DNA of 64,000 nucleotides from an uncultured delta proteobacterium. Its GTDB lineage: Bacteria; Myxococcota; B64-G9. The notes beneath the pieces were generated by a model, which made no database searches, had not been told where the DNA came from, and saw only the letters and a list, made by a program, of their open reading frames with translations. Each line of letters begins with the position of its first letter. Position 1 is the stretch's first letter. Position numbers and translations under genes: made by a program. Location of the stretch: the NCBI GenBank assembly GCA_963754925.1, contig CAVWHX010000003.1:224001-288000 (forward strand), read 5' to 3'. This document shows, piece after piece, positions 9,912 to 19,672 of this stretch.

Positions 9912-11327
9912 ATGCGCAAGGTAAAGACCGTTTGCACGGTCGGTCCGGCGAGCGCCGCTTTGGAGATACTCAAAAAGCTCGTCCTGGCCGGCATGGATGT
10001 GGCTCGACTCAACTTCTCCCATGGCACCTATCGTAGCCACGCTGAAACCATAAGTCGGCTGCGACAGATCTCCAAATCGTACAACCGCCCCCTGGCGATT
10101 CTCCAAGACATCCAAGGTCCACGCATTCGGTTGGGGCGGTTCAACGGCGGCGAAGCGCATCTAAGCAGCGGCGAGACTTTTGTCTTAACGACCCGCCCGG
10201 TAGTGGGTGATGACTTTCATGCCAGCGTGCAGGTCCCTAACCTCTATAAAGACGTCAAGAAGGGCGATCGCATCCTGGCGGCGGATGGCGCCCTGCAGTT
10301 ACGGGTAACCGAGGTCGAAGGCCGTGACATCATCACCCGGGTCATGGTCGGCGGCGCCGTCAAGGATCACAGCGGCCTCAATCTGCCTGGGGTGCGCCTG
10401 AGCGCGGCTTCCATCACCGAGAAGGACAAACGCGATATCCGCTTTGGGCAACGGCTCGGCGTTGATATCATCGCAGTCAGTTTTGTTCGCTCGCCCGAAG
10501 ATGTGTTGGTGGTGCGCCGGATGATTCGCAAGGCTCGTGGCAACACCATGGTGCTGGCTAAGATCGAACATCCCGATGCCGTGGAGTATCTCGACGACAT
10601 TCTTGATGTATCCGACGGCATCATGATCGCGCGCGGCGATCTAGGAGTTGAGCTGCCGCCTGAAAAGGTCCCCGCGATACAGAAATCCGCCATCGCCCGT
10701 GCCAATGTTCGCGGCAAGATCGTGGTGGTCGCGACCCAAATGTTGGAGTCGATGATACGCAGTCCGCGGCCCACCCGCGCCGAAGCCTCCGATGTGGCCA
10801 ACGCGGTATTCGACGGAGCCGATGCGTTGATGCTTTCGGGCGAAACCGCTATTGGCGCGTATCCCGTCGAGGCGTTGCAGATAATGGTTCGCATCATTGG
10901 TGAAGCCGAGCGTTCCCCGGCCAGCTACCGATCCGGCGGCCCGCGGTTGCTCAAGGATCCGGCATTATTCCCTAACGCCATCAGTAAGGCTACGGTCGTC
11001 GCGGCGGAAGATACCGGCGTACGGCTTATCGTGGCCTACACCGAATCGGGCAACACCGCACGCCTGATCTCCGACTACCGACCAAAAGCGCGCTTGATCG
11101 CGCTGACGCCCCACCCCGGAACCTATCGGCGCATGGCGATCCTTTGGGGCGTTGAACCGGTCAAAGTTCCCTCGGTACGTTCCACCGATGGCATCATGCA
11201 GCAGGTCAACCATACGTTGGTCGAACGAGGCTACGCCCGGAGCGGAGAAGAAGTTGTCATCGCGTGCGGTGTTCCCATCGGCCAGCCGGGCAGCACCAAC
11301 CTTCTCAAACTTCATCGAATTCAATAG
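9912..11327 (+). CDS. pyk: Pyruvate kinase
   Basis: ARLNFSHG, IMIARGDLGVE, ATQMLESM and MLSGETA motifs. Confidence 0.97.
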   Translation: MRKVKTVCTVGPASAALEILKKLVLAGMDVARLNFSHGTYRSHAETISRLRQISKSYNRPLAILQDIQGPRIRLGRFNGGEAHLSSGETFVLTTRPVVGDDFHASVQVPNLYKDVKKGDRILAADGALQLRVTEVEGRDIITRVMVGGAVKDHSGLNLPGVRLSAASITEKDKRDIRFGQRLGVDIIAVSFVRSPEDVLVVRRMIRKARGNTMVLAKIEHPDAVEYLDDILDVSDGIMIARGDLGVELPPEKVPAIQKSAIARANVRGKIVVVATQMLESMIRSPRPTRAEASDVANAVFDGADALMLSGETAIGAYPVEALQIMVRIIGEAERSPASYRSGGPRLLKDPALFPNAISKATVVAAEDTGVRLIVAYTESGNTARLISDYRPKARLIALTPHPGTYRRMAILWGVEPVKVPSVRSTDGIMQQVNHTLVERGYARSGEEVVIACGVPIGQPGSTNLLKLHRIQ

Positions 11328-11349
11328 CGTTGCCTCACTCCCAAGGTGC

Positions 11350-11379
11350 TTGACAAGTCCTCTTCGAAAAACCTATAGT
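11350..11379 (+). promoter_or_regulatory. Putative sigma70 promoter of zapA-6S
   Basis: TTGACA-18 nt-TATAGT, about 40 nt before the zapA ATG. Confidence 0.6.
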
Positions 11380-11421
11380 TACCGTTGTGGGCGCATCGCC
11401 CCAAAGGATTAAGCGATCGGT

Positions 11422-11715
11422 ATGCGGACTATTGATGTTAAGATCCTGGGACAGCGATACAAGGTCAAAAGCGAGGACGGCGACGAATACATTCAACGGT
11501 TAGCGGAGTTTGTCAACGATAACATCTCGGAGGTACAAAGAAATTCGAAGACCGTCTCAACGCATAGCGTGGTGATTTTAGCAGCCTTGAACATCGCCGA
11601 TAGACTTCTTAAGCTTCAGGAGCAAAACGGCAAATTACACAATGAGGTTCGCGATCAGATAAAACATATTGTGAACATCATCCGGTCGAGAAGGGAAACC
11701 GTCCGATCGCCATAG
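11422..11715 (+). CDS. zapA: Cell division protein ZapA
   Basis: VKILGQRY...ILAALNIAD pattern with coiled-coil C-terminus; followed by 6S RNA. Confidence 0.9.
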   Translation: MRTIDVKILGQRYKVKSEDGDEYIQRLAEFVNDNISEVQRNSKTVSTHSVVILAALNIADRLLKLQEQNGKLHNEVRDQIKHIVNIIRSRRETVRSP

Positions 11716-11725
11716 CTGATCATCA

Positions 11726-11909
11726 TTCCCCTGCCGGGTGCGTGACGAGCGGAAAGTATACGTATGAACCTACAAGCCTACCTGGGGAGTGCCCTCTGTC
11801 GGCGGTGTGCGAACCCTCCGTTGGGATCACCTAAAGTCGCCACGGTACGCCCACCTGTTTGGAATCCGGGTTCATCCTTGTCATCCGCTCGAACGGCCAT
11901 GGTGGGGAA
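11726..11909 (+). ncRNA. ssrS: 6S RNA
   Basis: ~184-nt rod: TTCCCC/GGGGAA ends, GAGCGGA/TCCGCTC, TGAACC/GGTTCA and a CCCACC motif; canonical position after zapA. Confidence 0.88.
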
Positions 11910-11991
11910 TTGTTGCGAACTGTCCCGTCGTAATAAGGACGGGTTAAAATATATCGGGGAAACGCGAGTGACCCGAGGAGTAACGTACGAT

Positions 11992-12011
11992 CCCGTTTGT
12001 GGGTTTTTTTT
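11992..12011 (+). terminator. Putative intrinsic terminator
   Basis: Short CCCG-TTTG-TGGG stem followed by T8. Confidence 0.5.
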
Positions 12012-12024
12012 CTGCTTTTGAGTT

Positions 12025-12310
12025 GGGAGTCTGACTACCAATGGTTGGACGCCACAAAGGTCGGCTCTCATTTCGGGAGCTCAGCCCGTAAGGCTCGATA
12101 CCCGAGCAGCGGCTGAACCGTTCGTCGTTTGGTATGGGACACTCGCTCCCTGGCGGAGAACAATCCGCAGGGTGGCTTTTCTAGCCAGTAGCACCCCGAA
12201 ACAGAGAATAACCCAGAAAGTCCCTCGCGGAACTTTCGCGGGAGAAGGAAGTCAGGTCGGCAGAGCCCGCCGACGTTTACATAACATCCGGTCAGGCTGG
12301 CAACAGCTCC
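12025..12310 (+). ncRNA. Candidate large structured RNA / rny 5' leader of unknown family
   Basis: Long-range closing helix plus about seven nested helices, ending directly before the GGAGG SD (see findings). Confidence 0.6.
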
Positions 12311-12324
12311 GGAGGAGGTGCAGC

Positions 12325-13902
12325 GTGTCAAATATCTTTGTAGCCTCATTAGTTGGATTGCTCGGGTTGGTGCTCGGACTGTTAGGCGGCTTCCTGGTTA
12401 CCTGGTTGGTGCTCTCGCGCAAGTCCACCTCAGGGTATAACCGCGCCAAGACCCAAGCCGAAAGCCTCATCGAAGCCGCCAAGCGTCAATCCGATCTCGA
12501 TCGGCGCAAGGCCGAGGTCGAAGCCAAAGAGAATGTCGACCGCCTGAAGAGAGAGATAGAAGAAGAGATCCGCGAAAAGCAAAACATGCTAGCCAATCAA
12601 GAGAAACGTCTCAACCATCGCGAGGAGACCCTGGACAAGCGCGCCGATCTTATCGACCGTCAGGATGCCGAGTTCAAGCGTCGCGATCGAGAGATCGCCA
12701 AGCGTGAACAACAGGCTAAAGATCAAGAGCTCAAATACGAACAACTACTCGACGAATATCAGCGACAGCTCGAACGAATCGCGGGAATGACTGCCGACGA
12801 GGCCAAGAAAATGTTGATGGAGCGCATCGTTGAGGATGCCCGCCATGAATCGGCCAAGCAAATAAAACAGATCGAAGAAGAAACCCGCGATGAAGCCGAT
12901 AAGCGGGCTAAGAAGATCATGGCCACCGCGATTCAGCGTTACGCCGGAGACTACGTTTCCGAAGCCACCGTTTCGGTCGTCCACCTCCCGACCGATGAGA
13001 TGAAGGGTCGGATCATCGGCCGCGAAGGCCGCAACATCCGAGCGCTGGAGGCAGCCACGGGAATGGATTTGATCATCGATGATACCCCCGAGGCGGTTAT
13101 CATTTCTGGTTTCAATCCAATACGGCGCGAAGTTGCCCGGATAAGCATTGAAAAACTCATCGCCGACGGTCGCATTCATCCGGCGCGCATCGAGGAGATC
13201 GTGGCCAAGACCACCGAGGAGCTCGATCAGGCCATCAAGGAAGCGGGCGAACGCGCCACCTTCGAGCTCGGTATCCACGGTATTCATAGCGAGGTCGTTA
13301 AGTATCTCGGACGGCTGAAGTATCGCACCAGCTATAGCCAAAACCAACTGCAGCATTCGATCGAAGTTGGCTTTTTGGCCGGGGCCATGGCAGCCGAGTT
13401 AGGCATGAATCCGCGCCACGCCAAGCGCGCGGGACTCCTGCATGACATCGGTAAGGCGATCGATCATGAGGTCGAAGGCTCGCATGCCATGATTGGGGCC
13501 GATTTGCTCAAAAAATATGGCGAGTCGCCGAAGATCATTCACGCTGTTCGCGCTCACCACGAAGAGGAAAAGCCCGAGACCGTGCTAGCCATTCTGGTTC
13601 AGGCAGCGGACGCATTAAGCGGCGCCCGCCCCGGCGCCCGGCGTGAGATGCTTGAGACCTATGTCAAACGCCTGGAAGAACTCGAGCGCATCTCGCGCTC
13701 ATTCCGCGGGGTCGAGAAAGCCTTTGCCATTCAGGCGGGCCGCGAGATTCGCGTTATCGTCGAAAACAGCAAAGTCTCCGACGAAGAGGCCATGTTGCTC
13801 TCAAAAGATATCGCCACCAAGATTGAGAAAGAACTGACCTATCCAGGTCAGATCAAGGTGACGGTCATCCGAGAGACCCGGGCGGTTGAGTATGCCAAAT
13901 AG
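12325..13902 (+). CDS. rny: Ribonuclease Y
   Basis: GTG start after GGAGGAGG; N-terminal TM, coiled coil, KH motif ([13 protein letters not shown]), HD motif (LLHDIGK). Confidence 0.97.
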   Translation: MSNIFVASLVGLLGLVLGLLGGFLVTWLVLSRKSTSGYNRAKTQAESLIEAAKRQSDLDRRKAEVEAKENVDRLKREIEEEIREKQNMLANQEKRLNHREETLDKRADLIDRQDAEFKRRDREIAKREQQAKDQELKYEQLLDEYQRQLERIAGMTADEAKKMLMERIVEDARHESAKQIKQIEEETRDEADKRAKKIMATAIQRYAGDYVSEATVSVVHLPTDEMKGRIIGREGRNIRALEAATGMDLIIDDTPEAVIISGFNPIRREVARISIEKLIADGRIHPARIEEIVAKTTEELDQAIKEAGERATFELGIHGIHSEVVKYLGRLKYRTSYSQNQLQHSIEVGFLAGAMAAELGMNPRHAKRAGLLHDIGKAIDHEVEGSHAMIGADLLKKYGESPKIIHAVRAHHEEEKPETVLAILVQAADALSGARPGARREMLETYVKRLEELERISRSFRGVEKAFAIQAGREIRVIVENSKVSDEEAMLLSKDIATKIEKELTYPGQIKVTVIRETRAVEYAK

Positions 13903-14695
13903 CAAGAGTTTCACGATTCTTGCGCTGGGCGATGTGGTCGGCAAACCGGGCCGGCAGGCGTTAGCCAGCTATCTTCCGCGTCTGATTGCTGAGTCGGGGG
14001 CTCAGTTCGTGGTCGTCAACGCTGAAAACGCTTCCGGCGGATTGGGGTTGAAGCCCCAGGAAGCAAACGAGCTCCTGCAACTGCCGATAGACGTATTGAC
14101 GTCAGGTAATCATATCTGGAAACACAAAGAGATCGTTGCCTTCATCGATTCGCAACCACGGCTGCTCCGGCCTGCTAACTATCCTGAACACACGCCGGGC
14201 CGTGGTCATGGCGTTTTCATCAGCAAAGATGGTGTGCCCGTGGGGGTACTCAATCTGGAGGGGACCCTGTTTATGAACCCCCTGCCGTGCCCATTCCGCT
14301 GCGCCGATAGAGCGTTACCCATACTTCGCGAGCAGACTGCCATCACCCTGGTAGATTTCCACGCCGAAGCCACCAGCGAAAAGCGCGCTCTGGGCCACTA
14401 CTTGGACGGCCGGATTTCAGTCATGGTAGGCACGCACACGCACATACCCACGGCGGACGCCGAGGTACTTGCCGGCGGCAGCGGTTATCAGACCGACTTA
14501 GGCATGTGCGGACCCACGGATTCGGTCATCGGGGTAAGCAAGAGAGAAGCCATCGAGCGTTTTCTAACGAAGTTGCCAACCGGGTTTCAGGTGGCCCGTC
14601 AAGGGGTACGTCTCCAAGGAGCGTTGATCCGGATCAATCCTGACTCTGGAAGATGTCTGGACATCATCCAACGTTCTTGGCCGGTCAATCTCTAA
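13892..14695 (+). CDS. ymdB: TIGR00282/YmdB-family metallophosphoesterase
   Basis: [27 protein letters not shown] and GTHTH motifs; follows rny. Confidence 0.93.
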   Translation: MPNSKSFTILALGDVVGKPGRQALASYLPRLIAESGAQFVVVNAENASGGLGLKPQEANELLQLPIDVLTSGNHIWKHKEIVAFIDSQPRLLRPANYPEHTPGRGHGVFISKDGVPVGVLNLEGTLFMNPLPCPFRCADRALPILREQTAITLVDFHAEATSEKRALGHYLDGRISVMVGTHTHIPTADAEVLAGGSGYQTDLGMCGPTDSVIGVSKREAIERFLTKLPTGFQVARQGVRLQGALIRINPDSGRCLDIIQRSWPVNL

Positions 14696-14859
14696 TTACG
14701 CTGACCGATGTTAAGGTGCCGACGGGATCGGTAACCGGCTGCTTTATGTGGAATAATGTTGCAATTGCTGCTGTTTTTAAGTAGCGTATTGATAACTAAT
14801 AGCAACAACCGTAAGCTCGACAACCACTGGTATTGTTCAGGGCATCACAGGAGCCAGAG

Positions 14860-15354
14860 ATGGAAATGGTTCGACAATACGTAGATCTACTACGACAGGT
14901 GGGTCGAGAAAAATTTCTTACGACGTACACCGACCCATTTTTTCTTTTCCTTGAAAATAATGGCGGCGGAAGCAAAGAAGATCTCAGCACTAACCCGGCC
15001 GCGCTCAACGCGTACCGGGTGCTCGCGCCGAGTACGCCGAAGGTCCCAACGAATCCAAACCAACCGCGCAAGCTGCTCGTCGGCAGCGGTCCCGACAGGG
15101 ATCTTTCGATCAATCATGCGACCGTCTCGGCGCGCCATGCCTTCATTGCCTTTGATAACGAACAGAAATCCTATCGTCTCGGCGATGCCGGCTCCGAAAA
15201 TGGAACCTACATCAACGGAGAGGCGGTTGAAGCCGGCAATCCCGTCTATATCAAAAACGGCAATACGGTCTCATTTGGGGATTGCGACTATATGTTCTTT
15301 TCTCCTGAGGGGTTCGCAGACCTGATCGAACGCCTGCTGAATTCCCGAGCATAA
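14860..15354 (+). CDS. FHA-domain protein
   Basis: VG...TVSARHA...DAGSENGTYING FHA signature. Confidence 0.85.
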   Translation: MEMVRQYVDLLRQVGREKFLTTYTDPFFLFLENNGGGSKEDLSTNPAALNAYRVLAPSTPKVPTNPNQPRKLLVGSGPDRDLSINHATVSARHAFIAFDNEQKSYRLGDAGSENGTYINGEAVEAGNPVYIKNGNTVSFGDCDYMFFSPEGFADLIERLLNSRA

Positions 15355-15503
15355 CAGCAAACTGCCCCACCGTCATCAACGATACTCGTTCGGTAGTGAC
15401 CCACTGCCGCTCGTTCGACGGCACCGTTATCGTATTTGAAATCGGTTGCGCATTTGACAGTTGCATCTACTGGATAGATAATTAATTTCTCTGGAGGGGC
15501 TGC

Positions 15504-17216
15504 ATGCCCGATACGTCCGACTTCAACAGGCTTCCACCCGAGGCCGAACTCCCGCCCGCCAACCTGCCCCAGTCAAACTTGATCATGGGCATTGACCTGG
15601 GCACCACCTATTCATGCGTGGCGGTGGTGCAAGAGGACTATCCTAAAGTAATTCCCTCCCGCTTGGGCCTGCGCACTATTCCTTCAATTGTCGCCATCGA
15701 TGAAAAAGGTCGCCTGCTGGTCGGTGAAGAAGCTCGCAAGCAGCTTCTGATCAATCCAACGAACACCATTTACGGCGCAAAGCGTTTCATTGGCCGGCGC
15801 TTTTACTCCGAGGAAGTTACCGCTCTTTCAAAGTATTTCTCATACGAGGTGGTGCCCCTGGACAACATGGAGATCGGCGCAAAGGCCGGCCAGCGGGTTT
15901 TTAGACTCCCCCAGGTATCGGCATTAATCCTCAATGAGTTGCGCCGCAACGTCTGCGAATACTTCAAGCAGAACATTTACATGGCCGTTGTTAGCGTTCC
16001 GGCCTACTACACCGAGAACCAGCGCGAAGCCGTGCGTGAAGCCAGCCGCATCGCCGGCATCGAGGTGGTCCGGATCATCAACGAGCCGACGGCTGCCGCG
16101 CTCGCCTATGGTCTCAACAAGGGCCTCGACAAACGAATCCTGGTCTATGACCTCGGCGGCGGCACCTTTGACGCTTCGATCCTCGAGCTGTACGAAAATG
16201 TTTTCCGCGTGCTCTCAACCGGCGGCGATACTTTTTTGGGCGGCGTTGATTTCGATGCACGCATCGTCGACTATATATTGGGTGAATACGAGCGCACCCA
16301 ATCTGAAATCCTCCAGTGCGATAGTGTCATCACCCAACGCCTGAAAGACGCCGCTGAAAAGGCCAAGATCGAGCTATCCAGCAAGACCACAGCCCAGATA
16401 GAATTGCCGTATATCACCATTTCAAAAGGTAAATTCAGAGACTTTAAAACAGAGCTGACGCGCACCCAACTCAACCGGCTCACCGATGATCTGGTCAACC
16501 GCACGGTTGAGGTATGCCTGGAGGTGCTCGATTCGGCCAAGCTGGTTCCCGAGAAGATCGAATCGATTCTATTGGTCGGGGGTCAAACCCGCGCTCCGCT
16601 GGTGGTAGAAAAGATCAGCCGGTTCTTTGGCCGGGCGCCGAGTAAGGGGGTCCATCCGGACGAGGTGGTTGCCTGCGGCGCCGCCCTCATGGGGCACTCC
16701 CTGGGTACGCACACCAGTATTCGGCTCATCGACGTCTTGCCCATGAGTATCGGCGGCCGCCAACCCGACGGCGCAATGAAAGTGCTCTTGGCCGCCAATA
16801 CGCCGCTACCTGCCGAGCGCGAGATCGGGATAGCCACCACGCGCGCTGACCAACAGGTGATCGAGATCGCTTTGTATCAGGGCGAATCGAACCGCACCAT
16901 CGAGAACGAGTTTTTGGGAGCGTTTGTGATCAGCGGCTTTCCCAGGGCGCCGACCGGGCAGGTTAAGCTGGCCATTAAGCTTTCGCTCAACCAGGAGTCC
17001 TTGATGGAGGTGTCGGCCCGATTGCTCGGCACCAACCAACCCATGCAAGTCAAGATGCAGGCGCGCACCCCTACTACCGCCGAGGACATCGGCCTGACCC
17101 CGATTGCGGCGAATGACGATCACACCGTGCCCTTCACGCCAACCGCGGAACAACAAGATACGCGTCGGCGGCTTTTCTCAGGCTTGCGCGGATTCATCCG
17201 GCGCCTCGGTTCGTAG
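15504..17216 (+). CDS. Hsp70-family protein (DnaK-like, short C-terminus)
   Basis: [29 protein letters not shown] and LVGGQTR motifs; no obvious helical lid. Confidence 0.92.
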   Translation: MPDTSDFNRLPPEAELPPANLPQSNLIMGIDLGTTYSCVAVVQEDYPKVIPSRLGLRTIPSIVAIDEKGRLLVGEEARKQLLINPTNTIYGAKRFIGRRFYSEEVTALSKYFSYEVVPLDNMEIGAKAGQRVFRLPQVSALILNELRRNVCEYFKQNIYMAVVSVPAYYTENQREAVREASRIAGIEVVRIINEPTAAALAYGLNKGLDKRILVYDLGGGTFDASILELYENVFRVLSTGGDTFLGGVDFDARIVDYILGEYERTQSEILQCDSVITQRLKDAAEKAKIELSSKTTAQIELPYITISKGKFRDFKTELTRTQLNRLTDDLVNRTVEVCLEVLDSAKLVPEKIESILLVGGQTRAPLVVEKISRFFGRAPSKGVHPDEVVACGAALMGHSLGTHTSIRLIDVLPMSIGGRQPDGAMKVLLAANTPLPAEREIGIATTRADQQVIEIALYQGESNRTIENEFLGAFVISGFPRAPTGQVKLAIKLSLNQESLMEVSARLLGTNQPMQVKMQARTPTTAEDIGLTPIAANDDHTVPFTPTAEQQDTRRRLFSGLRGFIRRLGS

Positions 17217-17244
17217 CCTTGGGATTAGAATCCATCCCCTAACG

Positions 17245-18261
17245 TCACGACGAGTGATTAACTTCCGCCGCAAGCGGGAAGGGCTGCACCTGCTCAATGC
17301 GTTCTTTACCGAACAACAGCATGGCTAAGCGATCCAGGCCGAGCGCGTTGCCGCTGCAGGCCGGCAGGCCGTGCTCAAGAGCGGAGAGGAACGCTTCATC
17401 CAACGGCAACCGCGGTTTGCCGCACTGGACGCGCGCTTCGATTTGCTCGACCAAGCGTGCGCGCTGCTGACGCGGATCGGTAAGCTCACCGTACCCGTTG
17501 CAAAGCTCTAGGCCGCCAATGTACAACTCGAACCGTTCCGCAACCACTGGTCGCTCGGGACGCAATCGTGCCAGCCCAGCCATGGGCGCTGGATAATCGT
17601 ATAAAAAAACCGGCCCACGCTCCATCAGTTTCGGCTCAACCCGTTCTATCAGGGCGCGGTTGACCAGATCATCGAAAGTATCGTCCCTCCCTATCCTCAA
17701 ACCCGCCTTGCCGAGCGCATCGCGAAGGCCCGCTTCGTTCCAGTCAGCCGGAACCTTAACCTGCGCCAGTTCTCGTAGTGACTGCTCCACGCTCATGCGC
17801 TGAAACGACTGACTGAGATCGATGACTACTCCGGCGCGTTGAATCACGTGCCCACCCGGAAGCGAAGCCGCCACCTCGCGGACCAATTCCTCGGTTTGCT
17901 CCATCATGTTTTCGACCGACGCGCCCACCTGATACCACTCCACCCCGATGAATTCCGGGTTATGCAGCCGCGTCAGTTCGCCGTTTCGAAAGAAATGCGC
18001 AATTTGATAGATACGCGCACAGCCTGCGCTTACCATCCGTTTCATGTGAAACTCAGGAGAGGTCGACAGATACAGCGTTAACGCTTCTCCGTCGGGCAAC
18101 CGCAACTCACTGCGGAAACTTTCTATATGCAGAGCCGGATCCGGCGCTCGTACGAGTGTTGGAGTGAACACCTCGATAAAATCACGGCAATCAAAAAACT
18201 GACGCACCCGCATGAGTAACCGTGCGAAGGCACCGAGCGAGTTCACCACATCAGGACCCAT
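17245..18261 (-). CDS. epmA: EF-P lysine aminoacylase EpmA (GenX/PoxA)
   Basis: YLSTSPEFHMKR, FRNGE, HNPEF, ERFELY and ALGLDRL motifs; no anticodon-binding domain. Confidence 0.92.
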   Translation of the reverse strand: MGPDVVNSLGAFARLLMRVRQFFDCRDFIEVFTPTLVRAPDPALHIESFRSELRLPDGEALTLYLSTSPEFHMKRMVSAGCARIYQIAHFFRNGELTRLHNPEFIGVEWYQVGASVENMMEQTEELVREVAASLPGGHVIQRAGVVIDLSQSFQRMSVEQSLRELAQVKVPADWNEAGLRDALGKAGLRIGRDDTFDDLVNRALIERVEPKLMERGPVFLYDYPAPMAGLARLRPERPVVAERFELYIGGLELCNGYGELTDPRQQRARLVEQIEARVQCGKPRLPLDEAFLSALEHGLPACSGNALGLDRLAMLLFGKERIEQVQPFPLAAEVNHSS

Positions 18262-18823
18262 GCTCACCCTCATCCAACGAGCGACGATCATCCTCGGCCA
18301 CGTTCCGGCGCTCCAGTTCACGGGCAAACGCCAGCGAAATCAGATCCGGCATCCGATCTACAAAAACGATACCATCAAGATGATCCACCTCATGCTGCAG
18401 CACCCGTGCTGGAAATCCTTTGATCTCCATTTCCAGCCGATTGCCCGCTCGGTCCAGCGCTCTAAACCTAATGGCGTGCGGCCTCACGACGAGCCCGCGC
18501 AAGTCTTTGAGAGAAAGGCAGCCCTCCCAGTCTTCCTCGGTCTGCTCCCCGACAACGGTCACCTCAGGATTGATAAAAACGCAAGGCGCCACACCCACAC
18601 CCAACTCATCCAATTCCGGTGGCACCTCCACCGCTATCGCCCGCTGCGAACGAAACACCTGGGGCGCCGCCAACCCTACCCCGTCATGGAAGTTCATGCT
18701 CTCGAGCAGGTCGTCGAGAAACGTCTGGAACGGTGCCGTGCCAATTTCCTCTTTCGTCACTGGCCGAGCTTTCTTTCGCAACACCGCTTCACCGAGTTTT
18801 GCTATCTGCAAGATCGCCATCAC
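18251..18823 (-). CDS. def: Peptide deformylase
   Basis: GVGLAAPQV, EGCLS and QHEVDHLDG motifs. Confidence 0.97.
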   Translation of the reverse strand: MMAILQIAKLGEAVLRKKARPVTKEEIGTAPFQTFLDDLLESMNFHDGVGLAAPQVFRSQRAIAVEVPPELDELGVGVAPCVFINPEVTVVGEQTEEDWEGCLSLKDLRGLVVRPHAIRFRALDRAGNRLEMEIKGFPARVLQHEVDHLDGIVFVDRMPDLISLAFARELERRNVAEDDRRSLDEGEHGS

Positions 18824-19032
18824 GCTTCTCCCCCAGTGCGGCTGTCCGCGTCGCCGGATTTCCCGGCTTGGCGCGTAAAAAAGACAAACGCCATCGCCGG
18901 TCGTTTCGATGATTCACGCATGGCAAAATGAACACCCTCGAGTTGCCAGCCCTGCTGGACAAAATCATTAACAATTTTCTCTAGGTGCTCGTCGGTCACG
19001 GTGCTGCATTCGACAACCTTATATTCCAGCAT
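18820..19032 (-). CDS. DUF4177-like small protein
   Basis: EYKVVE...N....QGWQL...F.R pattern. Confidence 0.7.
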   Translation of the reverse strand: MLEYKVVECSTVTDEHLEKIVNDFVQQGWQLEGVHFAMRESSKRPAMAFVFFTRQAGKSGDADSRTGGEA

Positions 19033-19297
19033 GAGCGGCTCCCGGCAACACGAGTTCTTTTTCGTCAATCATCTTTCACCGTAGCGTAGATTAGGTGACT
19101 CCATACATCGATCGCGATTATTACAAGCCTCGTCCCTTCAGTCAACGTATAGCGGAAAACGGGTGAAATATTTCCAGTTGACAGCCTGTCTTCCTTAGGC
19201 TATCTATATTTCCTGTTAATATTGCTTAGATTACCCAAGGCAAAAGTTACGATACGGTGTTCCTAACCTTTTATTTTCTCATACCAGAGGAGAACGT

Positions 19298-19573
19298 ATG
19301 ACCAAAGCCGAACTGATAACCGCCGTGACCAATACCGTGGGACGCGACCTCAGCAAACGGGCTGTTGAAGAGATCATCAACGCTCTTTTCCAACAGCTCC
19401 GTGTAGGATTGAAGAAGCGCAAGCGTATTGCCTTTCCGGGCTTCGGCATTTTCGTCGTCAGAAAGCGCGCAGCCCGCACGGGCCGGAACCCGCGTACCAA
19501 CCAAGAGATCCGCATTCCGGCCAAGCAAACGGTGGTATTCAGACCATCCAAAGCTTTCAAAGCCTCCTTGTAA
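19298..19573 (+). CDS. hup: HU-family DNA-binding protein
   Basis: MTKAELI, GFGIF, ARTGRNPRT and FRPSK motifs. Confidence 0.93.
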   Translation: MTKAELITAVTNTVGRDLSKRAVEEIINALFQQLRVGLKKRKRIAFPGFGIFVVRKRAARTGRNPRTNQEIRIPAKQTVVFRPSKAFKASL

Positions 19574-19672
19574 TCGCATCTCAACCGATCAAGTGATACA
19601 TTACCGGTGACCTGGTACTTGAAAAGCGAAGCCAAGTCAGAGGCATTGCTTGGATCTCGGAAGCAAAAGGAT

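Noticed and set aside
12025..12310. Identity as RNase P, SRP, tmRNA or cobalamin riboswitch
   Set aside because: GAAAGTCC and GAAGGAAG look-alikes are out of context; no tRNA-like CCA end, SRP helix-8 geometry or B12 box.
12172..12324. 51-aa N-terminal extension of RNase Y in the ORF track
   Set aside because: A strong SD precedes GTG 12325 and the TM anchor follows immediately; the extension overlaps the structured RNA.
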